Assembly (NCBI GenBank): GCA_016206145.1
Contig: JACQSA010000005.1
Location: forward strand, 1 to 42,735
Reading direction: 5' to 3'
DNA from: Candidatus Uhrbacteria bacterium
GTDB lineage: Bacteria > Patescibacteriota > Patescibacteriia > JACQRZ01
Length of the DNA stretch: 42,735 nucleotides
In this document: positions 1 to 10,098 of the stretch, piece after piece
Layout: the number at the start of each line of letters is the position of its first letter
How positions within the stretch are numbered: position 1 is the first letter of the stretch
The notes under the pieces: generated by a model
Databases searched by the model: none
What the model was told of the DNA's origin: nothing
What the model saw: the letters and a program-made list of their open reading frames with translations, nothing else
Translations under genes and position numbers: made by a program

Positions 1-2
1 AG

Positions 3-662
3 TCATTGGAGCGCTCATCAGTTTTTGGAAACGTGTATACCTCACTCGACGGCTCCCTCGTATTTGTATATAAGAATCCTTTCGGTAAGGGATACATGCT
101 ACATGCGAATGAAAGGGACATCGGGCCTCTTGAAGCAATGCCGACTGTCGGTTATCAGCATGACGATACGATTGGCATTGTGTATCAAAAAAAAGAGGGC
201 TCATTTGTACTGCATCACGGTGAAGAATATGGCCCGTATACACTTCGCATCATACCTGATTCACTTATAACAGAATCAAATGCGACTAATTGGAGTGTAA
301 AAGGAACCGATGCAAAAAATCAAGAAATTGCGCTCATAAACGGAAAATTAAGCGATCAGCATTCTTACATTCCGTATGCCTTTCACAGTGGTCCCAATAC
401 CATGATTTCCTATGAAGAAAATGGGAAATTTTTCGTGAGAGTGAACACTACGGTCTACGGACCGTATGACATTGTGTATGATGAATATGCGGCACCATTC
501 CAATGGACATTCAAATATGAGCAAGGTGACACGCGTATGGTTGTTGTGAATGGTAGAGAATATCCCGATGGTCAGTATGTGTTCATGAACGAAACCTCAT
601 GGATGACAACCCCACAGAAGAACGGCAAGGCATACGTTCAAGTGGGAATTTTCCAGCGGTAG
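3..662 (+). CDS. hypothetical repeat protein, C-terminal portion (ORF open to the window edge)
   Basis: The frame stays open back to position 3; the TTG at 6 is only the track's surrogate start. There are about six tandem ~33-aa units ending in NGxxYGPY-like motifs (HHGEEYGPYTL, NTTVYGPYDIVY, NGREYPDGQYVF). No family recognised. Confidence 0.5.
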   Translation, partial: SLERSSVFGNVYTSLDGSLVFVYKNPFGKGYMLHANERDIGPLEAMPTVGYQHDDTIGIVYQKKEGSFVLHHGEEYGPYTLRIIPDSLITESNATNWSVKGTDAKNQEIALINGKLSDQHSYIPYAFHSGPNTMISYEENGKFFVRVNTTVYGPYDIVYDEYAAPFQWTFKYEQGDTRMVVVNGREYPDGQYVFMNETSWMTTPQKNGKAYVQVGIFQR

Positions 663-676
663 AGCGCCTTCCCCCA

Positions 677-1876
677 TTATTTCCGGATAATGAACTTCCG
701 GTGGTAGATGGAATATTTCAGGATATAGTAAAGCACAATCGCAACAGAAGCGACGATAGTAACGACAATAAACGACGAAGAAGAAATTGCGTGCCATTCG
801 GTATTCCACGGAAAGGCGATATTCATCCCAAAGAAACCCGTAATGGCTGTCACCATGGTGATTATCTTGAGAGCGTTCAATTCCCGTTGTGTGTTTTCTG
901 TGTAGAGCGATTCAAGAAGTGAGAGCGTTTCCTTGACATATTCAATTGTCATTGCCCAGAGGTCTTTCATATACCGCAGATCGGCAATCATATTTTCAAA
1001 TTTTAAAAGATTGCATTCTTCCAGTTCCCCTTTTACTTCGGGGCGCAAGAGCACGTATCGCGCATGTGCGATGTCACCCATTTGATTAAGCCTGGCATTG
1101 ATGAAAAGAAGGGTTTTTAGAAAATCCATAATTTTTCTGCGAACAACAGGAAAATCTTTATAGCGCAGATCGTAAGATTCTCGAATTTCCGAGATGTGAT
1201 CCCACATGGACCTGTGGATATTGAGATAGTCCCTGAGTTGCTTCTTAAATTCTTCCAAAAAAATCACATTTGCAACCAAATCGTCAATCACTTTATCGCG
1301 TCGTACATCACGCTTGAAAAGTCGGAATATCGTAAACACTTTCCCAAAGAAAATTTGAGAGGTTTGCGAAGAAACCGAGTGATCATACTCTTCGGTAAGA
1401 GTCGTATAGAGTTTTTTGACATCATTTTCTGTGGCGTTTTCCACAGTCATAATAATAGGATAAAACTCGCTTATGTCGCACAGGCTTTTTGGCAGGCGCG
1501 CGCCGCGGCTAAAAAGATAGGCAAGTGCAGGTCCCATTTTGTCCCGATGATATTTTTCAATGTCTTTGCGAGTTTGGTTCACGTCGGCAATGCTGTCTGT
1601 CGATAGAGCAAAAATTCCGTCCTCTATTACGGAAAAATGGTACGGCCCCGATTTCATCCTCAGTACTTCAAAATCGTTTTCTTCGGTAAGTTCCACTGAA
1701 GATACATCGAGAGCCTTGCGGTATTTATCGAGCTGCGTAGCGTCAAGATGGATAGAAGCATAATTGCCACGAAAAAAATCATGCATCTCTTTGAGATGAA
1801 TGGTGGTCCGTTGCAACCACGTAACTAGATACATGCGTGTTACTTTCATATATGAACAGTATACATCATTTGACAT
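677..1876 (-). CDS. corA: CorA-family Mg2+/Co2+ transporter
   Basis: The C-terminus has two TM helices flanking the CorA signature loop (ITGFFGMNIAFPW, GMN motif). The ORF runs to 1921 but that would overlap the ppa start. The ATG at 1876 (MSNDVY...) has GGAGGG about 11 nt upstream. Confidence 0.8.
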   Translation of the reverse strand: MSNDVYCSYMKVTRMYLVTWLQRTTIHLKEMHDFFRGNYASIHLDATQLDKYRKALDVSSVELTEENDFEVLRMKSGPYHFSVIEDGIFALSTDSIADVNQTRKDIEKYHRDKMGPALAYLFSRGARLPKSLCDISEFYPIIMTVENATENDVKKLYTTLTEEYDHSVSSQTSQIFFGKVFTIFRLFKRDVRRDKVIDDLVANVIFLEEFKKQLRDYLNIHRSMWDHISEIRESYDLRYKDFPVVRRKIMDFLKTLLFINARLNQMGDIAHARYVLLRPEVKGELEECNLLKFENMIADLRYMKDLWAMTIEYVKETLSLLESLYTENTQRELNALKIITMVTAITGFFGMNIAFPWNTEWHAISSSSFIVVTIVASVAIVLYYILKYSIYHRKFIIRK

Positions 1877-1910
1877 TGTCGCCAAAACCCTCCTATCATA
1901 TACTTGAAAT

Positions 1911-2435
1911 ATGGAACACAATAAAATACTGAAACTTCACGAAATACCGTTTGAGACTGCAGAGAGATTCAAGGCAGTCATAGAAATTGAAAAAGGATCA
2001 AATTTTAAATACGAGTATGATGAGAAAAGCAGCTCTTTCATACTCGATTTTGTTTTTACACCCGATCTTGTATTTTCTCATGCGTATGGCTTTATCCCCG
2101 GCACGCTCTCAGGAGACGGCGATACGCTTGATGCGTTTGTGCTATCTTCCCGCGCATTGAAGCAAGGTGATGTCGTAGATGTCCGCGTGATAGGCATGAT
2201 CGATCTGCTTGATCGAGGAGAAGAGGATTTTAAGATCATAACTGTTTCACTCGAAGATGAAGCCTATCAAAACGTCTGCGACATTTCTCAACTCGGGGAT
2301 CAATGGACAACGGATATGAAGAAATTTTATCAGAAACTTGATGAACAGAAAAATAAAAATACAGTCATTCGAGGGTTTCGAGATGCCAGTATCGCAATCG
2401 CAGAAATTCAGCGTGCGCATGAAGCGTTTATTTGA
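1911..2435 (+). CDS. ppa: inorganic pyrophosphatase (family I)
   Basis: EIEKGSNFKYEYDE..., YGFIPGTLSGDGDTLDAFVLS and the ~174 aa length are typical of soluble PPase. TATACT at 1899-1904 lies 6 nt before the ATG. Confidence 0.9.
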   Translation: MEHNKILKLHEIPFETAERFKAVIEIEKGSNFKYEYDEKSSSFILDFVFTPDLVFSHAYGFIPGTLSGDGDTLDAFVLSSRALKQGDVVDVRVIGMIDLLDRGEEDFKIITVSLEDEAYQNVCDISQLGDQWTTDMKKFYQKLDEQKNKNTVIRGFRDASIAIAEIQRAHEAFI

Positions 2436-2436
2436 T

Positions 2437-3978
2437 ATGCGTGAACCAAAAAAACATCCGCCCGTTGTCCTGATTGTCCTTGATGGATGGGGACACAGAG
2501 ACGAGAAGGAACACAATGCAATTGCGCAGGCACGCACTCCTTTTCTTGATTCACTATACGCGAAGTATCCATATACGCTTCTTGATGCGAGCGGGCAAGC
2601 ACTCGGTTTACCGGAAGGACAGGCGGGTACGAGCGAGATAGGACATCTTACCATCGGAGCTGGCAGAGTGATCGATACTGATCTTGTGCGTATCACAGAA
2701 GCCATGCATAAAGGAGAATTTGAAACAAACCAGACGTTCAAAACTCTTTTTGACCATGTGGTATCCCACGACTCTACACTCCACATACTTGGATTGGTGA
2801 GTCCCGGAGGCATCCATAGCCATAGCTCTCACATTGAGGGTGTCTTGCATGCCGCAAAAAATGCAGGAGTAAAAAAAATCGCAATTCATGCATTCACTGA
2901 CGGTCGAGATACTCCTCCTCAAAGCGGAAAGCAGTACCTGCAGGAACTTGAATCCTTTCTGGAGGATTTGCAAATAGGTTTCATCGCCAGCATAAGCGGC
3001 AGATTTTATTCCATGGACCGTGATCATAATTGGCATCGCGTCGCAAAAGCAGAGGATGCGATCTTTCGAGCTACAAGCACGCATACGCATCAGGCCCGCC
3101 CATCTGAGGTCATTGATGTGCTTTATCGTCATGGCCATGTGGATGAGCATATTGAGCCCATCGTTTTTGTGGATGACGGAGGAAAAAGCTATCCGGTTGA
3201 AAAAAATGATGGCGCGATTTTTATCAATTTTCGCGCGGATCGCGCGCGCATGCTTTCCCGTAGATTCATTGATTGTCAGAAGGAAATGAACTTGTGTTTT
3301 GCCACCATGACCGAATATGAAAAAAACGGAGCATCACTTGTCGCGTTTCGCGGTATAGGAGTTGAAACGACACTTGCAGCTGAAATTTCGAAGGTCGGCT
3401 TGCGAAGCGTGCATATCGCGGAAACGGAAAAATATGCGCATGCCACGTATTTTCTTAATGGGGGGAAAGAAGAACCTCACGAGGAGGAGTCTCATGTATT
3501 GATCGAGAGCCGTAAAGACATACGGACGCATGATGAGGCGCCCGAGATGAAGGCTGCTGAAATTACTGACGCAGCGCTTGAGTACATCAACGAGGGTATA
3601 GATTTTATTTTTATCAATTACGCGAATGCCGACATGGTGGCTCACACTGCAAATTTTTCAGCAACCATACAGGCAGTCGAATGTATTGACGCTCAATTGC
3701 AACGGTTGGTGCCGTATGTACTTGGAAAGGGCGGCATCGTATGTATTACTGCTGATCATGGAAACGCCGAAGTTGGCATAGATCCTTCGTCGGGGATTTT
3801 ACATACCGCCCATACCACGCATAAAGTGCCCGCGATACTTACTATGGAGGGAGTTGTCCTTCGGAGCGGAGGCGGTCTTAGAGATATTGCCCCAACGATC
3901 CTGGATATTATGGGTATTCCCATACCTCCGAGCATGACAGGCGTATCGTTACTCGAATCATTATCCACTCGACAGTAA
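2437..3978 (+). CDS. gpmI: 2,3-bisphosphoglycerate-independent phosphoglycerate mutase
   Basis: PPVVLIVLDGWGHRDE, GTSEIGHLTIGAGR, GGIHSH, ADMVAHT and TADHGNAE motifs. The start is set at the ATG at 2437, 1 nt after the ppa stop. The track ORF from 2338 would overlap ppa by 98 nt. Confidence 0.9.
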   Translation: MREPKKHPPVVLIVLDGWGHRDEKEHNAIAQARTPFLDSLYAKYPYTLLDASGQALGLPEGQAGTSEIGHLTIGAGRVIDTDLVRITEAMHKGEFETNQTFKTLFDHVVSHDSTLHILGLVSPGGIHSHSSHIEGVLHAAKNAGVKKIAIHAFTDGRDTPPQSGKQYLQELESFLEDLQIGFIASISGRFYSMDRDHNWHRVAKAEDAIFRATSTHTHQARPSEVIDVLYRHGHVDEHIEPIVFVDDGGKSYPVEKNDGAIFINFRADRARMLSRRFIDCQKEMNLCFATMTEYEKNGASLVAFRGIGVETTLAAEISKVGLRSVHIAETEKYAHATYFLNGGKEEPHEEESHVLIESRKDIRTHDEAPEMKAAEITDAALEYINEGIDFIFINYANADMVAHTANFSATIQAVECIDAQLQRLVPYVLGKGGIVCITADHGNAEVGIDPSSGILHTAHTTHKVPAILTMEGVVLRSGGGLRDIAPTILDIMGIPIPPSMTGVSLLESLSTRQ

Positions 3979-3988
3979 TCACTATTTT

Positions 3989-3997
3989 TGCTATAAT
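3989..3997 (+). promoter_or_regulatory. extended -10 promoter element TGCTATAAT
   Basis: TGnTATAAT sits in the intergenic gap 33 nt upstream of the ATG at 4030. It is one of eight similar TGnTAnnnT sites in + strand intergenic regions. Confidence 0.45.
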
Positions 3998-4029
3998 TTT
4001 AAACAAGTTAATTCATTATTTTTTGACCC

Positions 4030-5385
4030 ATGCAAGCAAAAAATATTTCGATATCATTCAGTGTGTTAATAGTAGCCCTTATTTTTGGGCTTTCTGTTTT
4101 TATGGTGTGGGCGCAAGAGGACTCTTTGTCCGAGAAGCCTAAGAAACCCGCGCTTGAGGAACAGAAGTTTGAGAAACCTATGCCCGTCGAGGAACCAAAA
4201 GGACAGGCTCAGGAACCTTCACCCGAGGAACCAAAAATGCAGAATGTAGACAAAAGGGAAATGAGCGATTTTCAGCGTGAGATGAAGGATCTTGTGCGCG
4301 AATCGAAAAAGCTCCTCGGAGATTTGAAAAAAGTGAAAGACTCTCAGGAGTGGCAGCAGACGATAAGTGAAATTATAAAAAATGCGTCAAGTTGCGCTTC
4401 TAAAGTGCTTACCCTTCCTGCCGAAGATCGCCGTTCGCACATTGATGACTGCCGAAGCGAAAGATATTGGGATTCAATGCAAGAAATTCGAGATGAATTT
4501 GTTCCACCGCAGGATATCAAGAATGCCATGAATGACGTAAAACGACAATTAAAGGAACTCGCAAACTATAAAAAACAGATTCTTAAAGCAGCAGCGGACA
4601 CGGATACAAGTAAAATTGATCAATTGGTATCTCAGATAAACGGACATAAAACGAACATTGAGTCTTCCAAAGGCAGGGACCAGAAGGATGCGTTACAAGA
4701 GTTTTGGGGAAATAATTATTGGGATGAGATCAATAAACTACGCGCTCAAGTAGAGCTTCCCAAGGAATTAAAACAGATTCTAAAAGAAATTGCGTTTGCT
4801 GAAAAAGATTCAAAAGCGCGAAATGTTCAAAAAGCCTTTGAATTTTTCGGATTGGATTATAGTCAGCTCGCAAAACTTGTTACTGCGAAGAAAGAAAGCA
4901 TTGCGCAGATTCAGTCGCTCGCAAACAACGGAGACTTTGAAGCCGCAAGTGAATTGATGCAAGAAAGCATCCATGAAGGGTGGCACCCCGGTGATTTGAG
5001 GCATTTTATGGGAATGATGAGAGAAACGCATGAACGCATGAAGAATATCAAGGACGATCAAATTCTTGAACAGATTCTTGCGATCATGGAGCCTATTGGA
5101 CAGAGTTTTATGGAGGAAGATGTGCGCGGCGCGCGGGATGCGATGGTAGAATTTACAGATCAAATGCGCAAGTACGAAAGCCTTTTCAGGCCATATTATC
5201 GAGGAGGTGTAAAGGAATTAAGCAAAAAGACTCTTGGCGCGCTTGATAAACTGGAAGGTCTTATTCAGAAAAAATTAGAAAAAGGAGAATTAAAGAAAAC
5301 GCCAGAGCCACAAGATAATGAGCCACAAAAAACAGAAAATGGCGGTGAGAACGTCCCATCTCCCGCGGTTGAACAGTCACTATAG
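4030..5385 (+). CDS. hypothetical membrane-anchored/secreted coiled-coil protein
   Basis: N-terminal hydrophobic helix (ISFSVLIVALIFGLSVFMVWA), then a Pro/Glu/Lys-rich spacer (PVEEPK...PEEPK) and long charged helical sequence. A strong terminator follows. Confidence 0.6.
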   Translation: MQAKNISISFSVLIVALIFGLSVFMVWAQEDSLSEKPKKPALEEQKFEKPMPVEEPKGQAQEPSPEEPKMQNVDKREMSDFQREMKDLVRESKKLLGDLKKVKDSQEWQQTISEIIKNASSCASKVLTLPAEDRRSHIDDCRSERYWDSMQEIRDEFVPPQDIKNAMNDVKRQLKELANYKKQILKAAADTDTSKIDQLVSQINGHKTNIESSKGRDQKDALQEFWGNNYWDEINKLRAQVELPKELKQILKEIAFAEKDSKARNVQKAFEFFGLDYSQLAKLVTAKKESIAQIQSLANNGDFEAASELMQESIHEGWHPGDLRHFMGMMRETHERMKNIKDDQILEQILAIMEPIGQSFMEEDVRGARDAMVEFTDQMRKYESLFRPYYRGGVKELSKKTLGALDKLEGLIQKKLEKGELKKTPEPQDNEPQKTENGGENVPSPAVEQSL

Positions 5386-5404
5386 GGTATAGCACTTTCG
5401 CTCG

Positions 5405-5438
5405 AAACATCCCCCTAAAAGAAGGGGGATGTTTTTTT
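5405..5438 (+). terminator. rho-independent terminator
   Basis: AAACATCCCCC / TAAAAGAA / GGGGGATGTTT is an 11-bp stem followed by a T-run, 20 nt after the stop at 5385. Confidence 0.8.
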
Positions 5439-5469
5439 AAAGTAATCCACAGTACAATTTTTTTATGCA

Positions 5470-5478
5470 TGATATAAT
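5470..5478 (+). promoter_or_regulatory. extended -10 promoter element TGATATAAT
   Basis: TGnTATAAT lies 27 nt upstream of the pepA ATG and downstream of the preceding terminator. Confidence 0.45.
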
Positions 5479-5504
5479 CAGCCTCAATAAAAGAATACGA
5501 AAGT

Positions 5505-7010
5505 ATGAGAAAAATTACGCATAGACAAATTTCCCTTCAAAAGGCTGCCGCAACAACAAGTTCTGTGCTTGTATTTGCGGGATTTGAGAATATCTCATGG
5601 AACACGCATCCTTTTTTCAAGTTTATTTTGCCCGCGGACAAAGAATATCTTTTGCACGTAGAAAAGGACACAAAGAAAGATGTGGGCATTTTAGAGAAAG
5701 TGATTTTGCCCTTAGGAAAGAGAAAAGTGCTTTTGTTTGGTCTTGGCGCGAATGAAAAATGGTCTTTTCGGTCGTTTGAACGCGCAGTACGTTGCTTGGC
5801 ACACTTAGCGAAAAAATACAAAATTGGATCATTCACAGTACATCTTGATGACTTTAAGGTTCCGGGAATTGATAGGGAGAAAATCGCGGAAGGGTTTGCG
5901 GCAAATATTGAGCTTGCTGACTATGAATTTGTCACGCACCGCGAGCCGCCTAAAGAAGGGTGGCCGGCATTGAAGAATATTTTTTATGTGTGCGGCGCGA
6001 ATAAAAATGTTGCCGCGCAACTTTCCACTGGCTCGCTGATCGGTCGAGAAGTGAATTATGCGCGGGAGCTTGCCAATACGCCTGGCGGTCTGATGACGCC
6101 GACGCATGTGGCGAATGCGGCGCGCGCTACCGGCAAGGAAGCGGGCTTTTCCGTTCGTGTACTTTCTGAAAAAGAAATGAAAAAACTCGGAATGGGAGGT
6201 GTTTTGGGAGTATCTGCAGGCAGTACCGAAGAGGCTCAATTTGTTATCATGGAATATTGGGGAAAGAAAAGCAAAAAAGATCCCTTTGTCTTTATTGGCA
6301 AAGGAATTACGTTTGATAGCGGAGGATTGCAGATAAAGCCGTCGCAATCGATGGAAGAGATGCATATGGATATGAGCGGGGGAGCTGCGGTGATTGCGGC
6401 GCTTTCTGTGATCGCTCGAATGAAACTGCCCATCAACTGCGTGGGGATCATACCCGCAGTGGAAAATATGCCATCGGGCGGAAGTTATCGGCCGGGGGAT
6501 TTGCTGAAAACAATGTCTTCAAAAACCATTGAGATCGGTCATACTGACGCCGAAGGCAGAGTCGTCCTTTCAGACGCGCTCACCTATGCCGAACGATATA
6601 CGCCAAAACTTGTTGTGGATGTTGCCACATTGACAGGTGCGTGCACAGTGGCATTGGGACATTATCTGTCTGCGCTTCTCACGCCTCAGGATCACGTTGC
6701 AAAATTTATGCGCGCATGCGGAGATGCAAGCGGGGACTATGTGTGGCAACTGCCTTTATGGGAAGAATATGAATCTCATGTCAAGGGATACTCCGGAGAC
6801 GTGATGAATACGGGTCGGTATCGAGAAGCGGGGACGATTCAAGGAGCAATATTTTTGCATCAATTTGCAAAAAATTTTCCTGCATGGGCGCATATTGATA
6901 TCGCATCGACAATGACAGGTAAAGAAGATCAATGGTTAGCAAGAGGAGCGAGCGGCGCGGGAACAAGATTGCTTATAGAAGTTGCGCGCAGGTATAAGGA
7001 GTTTTTTTAA
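5505..7010 (+). CDS. pepA: leucyl aminopeptidase (M17)
   Basis: NTPGGLMTP, GKGITFDSGGLQIKP, MHMDMSGGAAV and HTDAEGRVVLSDAL (the NTDAEGRL signature region). Confidence 0.9.
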   Translation: MRKITHRQISLQKAAATTSSVLVFAGFENISWNTHPFFKFILPADKEYLLHVEKDTKKDVGILEKVILPLGKRKVLLFGLGANEKWSFRSFERAVRCLAHLAKKYKIGSFTVHLDDFKVPGIDREKIAEGFAANIELADYEFVTHREPPKEGWPALKNIFYVCGANKNVAAQLSTGSLIGREVNYARELANTPGGLMTPTHVANAARATGKEAGFSVRVLSEKEMKKLGMGGVLGVSAGSTEEAQFVIMEYWGKKSKKDPFVFIGKGITFDSGGLQIKPSQSMEEMHMDMSGGAAVIAALSVIARMKLPINCVGIIPAVENMPSGGSYRPGDLLKTMSSKTIEIGHTDAEGRVVLSDALTYAERYTPKLVVDVATLTGACTVALGHYLSALLTPQDHVAKFMRACGDASGDYVWQLPLWEEYESHVKGYSGDVMNTGRYREAGTIQGAIFLHQFAKNFPAWAHIDIASTMTGKEDQWLARGASGAGTRLLIEVARRYKEFF

Positions 7011-7047
7011 AGGTATTAATTTTTAATTATCATATTGATTTGGTCCT

Positions 7048-7257
7048 ATGGACTCCGTCTATATTTGCCCGGAATGCGGACAAGAATATGACGAACCCGG
7101 AATCTGCGATTCCTGCCAAGTGGAACTCATCGAAGAGGGCGGGGACGAAGAATTAGGGGAAGAAGGATTGTCGCTCGATGATGAATCCGGCGGTGGAAAT
7201 ACTTCATCCTATGGCATGGGTTCCGGAGGTTTTGACGACGAAGAGGATACGATTTAG
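7048..7257 (+). CDS. small zinc-ribbon protein with acidic tail
   Basis: CPECG...CDSC four-Cys ribbon followed by a Glu/Asp/Gly-rich tail. No family assigned. Confidence 0.5.
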   Translation: MDSVYICPECGQEYDEPGICDSCQVELIEEGGDEELGEEGLSLDDESGGGNTSSYGMGSGGFDDEEDTI

Positions 7258-7293
7258 AATTATTACTGGCGCGTAGACTCCTCATTCGAAGTA

Positions 7294-7302
7294 TGGTATA
7301 CT
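7294..7302 (+). promoter_or_regulatory. extended -10 promoter element TGGTATACT
   Basis: TGnTATACT sits in the intergenic gap upstream of the ATG at 7348. Confidence 0.4.
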
Positions 7303-7347
7303 CTCATTACATGTGAGTATGTTGTTTTATACATAATAATATATCGT

Positions 7348-7668
7348 ATGAGCGCAAAAAGTTTTTTGAAAGGAGCCACTATCGGCGCGATAGTTGCATC
7401 AGTAGCAGCGCTATTGTGCGCCCCGCAGGCAGGGAAAAAATCCCGCAGAGAAGTGACAAAATTAGCAACCATGCTTGCAAAGAAAATTAGTGTGCAGGCC
7501 CGTTCTATGGAGAAATTGTCAAAACACGCCTATGAGGAATTGGTTACTCAATCGGTTACTGACTATGCGAAAGGCAAGACCGTTGCGAAAGAATATTATG
7601 ATGAAGTCGCAAAAATTTTAAAAAGCAATTGGAAAGAAATCAAAGAGGTGCTTCGCAAGAAAGAATAA
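7348..7668 (+). CDS. YtxH-domain protein
   Basis: N-terminal FLKGATIGAIVASVAALLCAPQAGKKSRREV followed by a charged helix, which is the typical YtxH layout. Confidence 0.7.
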   Translation: MSAKSFLKGATIGAIVASVAALLCAPQAGKKSRREVTKLATMLAKKISVQARSMEKLSKHAYEELVTQSVTDYAKGKTVAKEYYDEVAKILKSNWKEIKEVLRKKE

Positions 7669-7675
7669 TTTTTTT

Positions 7676-8104
7676 ATGGCGTATACTATCAAACGACAGA
7701 AAGATAATACGATTATCTCTGTCGATGCAGCAAAAGAAATAGATGCGTTTCTCGATGCGGCGCGAGGGCTGTATGCGAGTATGTATGATTTTGAAAAAAT
7801 ACGCGGCCGTACAGAGAGGGTAAAGATTGTGGTAGAAGGAAAATCTGTGGAAGATTTGCTCCGCGCATGGCTTCAAGAACTTTTAGACCGGCGTAGCATC
7901 CATGGGATTATCTACGGCAGCTTTTCAATCGTTTCCATTCAAAAAATCAGCAATACCCAATACCTTCTCACCGGATCTGCGCATGGAGAGGCGCATGACC
8001 CTCGCCTACATCCAATGATCAATGATCCGCACCTACTTCCCAAAAGTATTTCCTATAAGGGGAAAGATAAGAAATTTTCCTGCTCGTTTCAGATCACACA
8101 CTAG
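7676..8104 (+). CDS. archease-like protein (divergent)
   Basis: The archease-like pattern ...FLDAARGLYASM...VKIVVEGKSVEDLLRAWLQELL...GEAHDPRLH...SISYKG is present. However, the N-terminal HTAD metal motif reads NTII. Confidence 0.5.
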   Translation: MAYTIKRQKDNTIISVDAAKEIDAFLDAARGLYASMYDFEKIRGRTERVKIVVEGKSVEDLLRAWLQELLDRRSIHGIIYGSFSIVSIQKISNTQYLLTGSAHGEAHDPRLHPMINDPHLLPKSISYKGKDKKFSCSFQITH

Positions 8105-8106
8105 AC

Positions 8107-8592
8107 ATGACTCTCGAGTTGCTTACAAGAGTATTATTGATCTTGCTTGGCGCAGTTGTACTCAACGGCCTTGTCCGTTCCGGTATACGCCGCATCATGC
8201 GAGGTGGTAAAGGGGCTGAGCTCCGCATTCGGGGAGTTGCATTTTTTTTGGATCGGGCGAGTTCTGTTTTTTTTGCTGTCATAGCCATTATGATGGTCCT
8301 GGATTCATTTCGGATCGATACCCGGCCGCTTCTTACCGGAGTCGGAGTCGCAGGATTATTTGCAACGTTCGCTTCTCAAGCGATTTTGAAAGATGTGTTC
8401 AGTGGAATTTTTGTTTTTTTTGAGGATCTTTATGAGGAAGGAGACCGCATCGCGCTTGATGACACAAAGGGAGTAGTGCAACGCCTTACATTGCGTAAAA
8501 CAGTCCTTAAGGACCGCACAGGGAGACTTCATCACATTCCTCATGGGGGCGTAAAAATTGTCACTGTGGAAGCAAAACGCCGCACGGTATGA
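8107..8592 (+). CDS. short MscS-family mechanosensitive channel-like protein
   Basis: Pore helix plus beta-domain pattern: GVGVAGLFATFASQAILKDVFSGIFVFFEDLYEEGDRIALDDTKGVVQRLTLRKTVLKDRTGRLHHIPHG. At 161 aa it lacks the usual C-terminal domain. Confidence 0.65.
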   Translation: MTLELLTRVLLILLGAVVLNGLVRSGIRRIMRGGKGAELRIRGVAFFLDRASSVFFAVIAIMMVLDSFRIDTRPLLTGVGVAGLFATFASQAILKDVFSGIFVFFEDLYEEGDRIALDDTKGVVQRLTLRKTVLKDRTGRLHHIPHGGVKIVTVEAKRRTV

Positions 8593-10070
8593 CAGAGCGC
8601 ACTTTTAAACGTTTTTTGGAGATTATCCCAGGCCTTCTTGTCTGGGTGACTTTTTTTCTGGGCATTTTTTTCTCTTTTTTGAAGCCAGTGTGGGTGATGT
8701 ACTTTATTATTTTGTTTGATTTATATTGGCTTTTCAGAGTTTTTTATTTCATTATTTTTCTCATTCTTTCTTGGAGGCACTATACACGGGCGCAGAGGAG
8801 AGACTGGCAAAGTGAGCTTACTTCACAGCCTGCATGGCGATCGTATTATCATTTGATTTTTTTGCCAATGTATCGGGAGTCGTACGATATTGTACAAAGC
8901 ACATGCGACGCGCTTTTGCGCACAGAATATCCTAAAGATCGGTTTATCATCATATTGGCGGGCGAGGAACGGGCAGGAGAACATTTCATCAGCATTGCAA
9001 AGAGAATACAAGCCGAATACAAGGATTCTTTTTTTAAACTCCTTATTACTGTCCATCCGAAGGACTTGGAAGGGGAGATTGCTGCAAAGGGTGCGAATAT
9101 TCACTATGCGGGCATGCGAGCGCAGGAGTTGATTGATCAGCTTGGCATACCGTATGAACATATTATCGTGTCTACCTTTGATATTGATACGATTGCGCAT
9201 CCTCACTATTTTGCGTGCCTTGCATATACATATATTACTCATCCCACTCCTACGCGATCGAGCTATCAGCCGGTAGTGTTGTATAATAATACGATTTGGG
9301 AAACATCTCCTGCCATGCGTTTGGCAGCGTTTAGCACTACATTTTGGCTTTTGACAGAACTTGCGCGTCCTGATCGTCTATTCACTTTTTCCTCGCATAG
9401 CATGAGCTTTCGTGCGCTCGTCGATGTGGGGTTTTGGCAGAAAGATATTGTCAGCGAGGACTCTCGAATTTTTTTCCAGTGTTTTACCCACTATGATGGG
9501 GATTACACGGTTACTCCGATTTATATCCCATTATCCATGGATACGGTAAGCGGGAACTCTTTGCGCGAAGGATTGTGGAATCTCTATCAACAGCAGAGAA
9601 GATGGGCATGGGGCGTTGAGCATTTTCCGTATCTCGTCATGAAGTTCTTGCACAATCCGCGCATATCCCTAAGAAAAAAATGCAAAACGCTTCTTGTTCA
9701 GATTGAGGGAATGTACACATGGGCGACTGCTCCGATTATCATTTTTTTTCTTGGGAGGCTTCCATTGTTTTTTGTAGGAGAACACGAGCGGTTTACCGTG
9801 CTTGCTCAGAACACGCCTCTTCTCCTTGAATTTCTCTTAAATCTCAGCATGGGAGGAATTTTGCTGATCGGAATTCTTTCCTTTTTTCTTCTTCCGAAAC
9901 GCCCTTTTGCGATTCCGCGTTTTCGCGTCCTTACAATGATTTTTCAATGGGCATTGCTCCCCATCTCTTTGATTTTTTTCAGCTGCATACCGGCAATTGA
10001 CGCGCAGACACGATTAATGCTGGGAAAATATCTTGGATTTACTGTTACAGAAAAACTGCGAAAAGCATAG
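8589..10070 (+). CDS. membrane-embedded processive family-2 glycosyltransferase (cellulose/PNAG-synthase-like)
   Basis: N- and C-terminal TM helices surround a GT-A core with DxD-like STFDIDT, SEDSRIF (TED-like) and QQQRRWAWG (QxxRW). ATGA overlap with the upstream gene. Confidence 0.75.
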   Translation: MTERTFKRFLEIIPGLLVWVTFFLGIFFSFLKPVWVMYFIILFDLYWLFRVFYFIIFLILSWRHYTRAQRRDWQSELTSQPAWRSYYHLIFLPMYRESYDIVQSTCDALLRTEYPKDRFIIILAGEERAGEHFISIAKRIQAEYKDSFFKLLITVHPKDLEGEIAAKGANIHYAGMRAQELIDQLGIPYEHIIVSTFDIDTIAHPHYFACLAYTYITHPTPTRSSYQPVVLYNNTIWETSPAMRLAAFSTTFWLLTELARPDRLFTFSSHSMSFRALVDVGFWQKDIVSEDSRIFFQCFTHYDGDYTVTPIYIPLSMDTVSGNSLREGLWNLYQQQRRWAWGVEHFPYLVMKFLHNPRISLRKKCKTLLVQIEGMYTWATAPIIIFFLGRLPLFFVGEHERFTVLAQNTPLLLEFLLNLSMGGILLIGILSFFLLPKRPFAIPRFRVLTMIFQWALLPISLIFFSCIPAIDAQTRLMLGKYLGFTVTEKLRKA

Positions 10071-10098
10071 ACCCTTTGCAAAATAACATTATGTATTT

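Noticed and set aside
2338-2436. Upstream extensions of gpmI (2338) and of the DUF4012 gene (11934-12008).
   Set aside because: Both would overlap the preceding gene by 75-98 nt. Downstream ATGs give N-termini that match family expectations.
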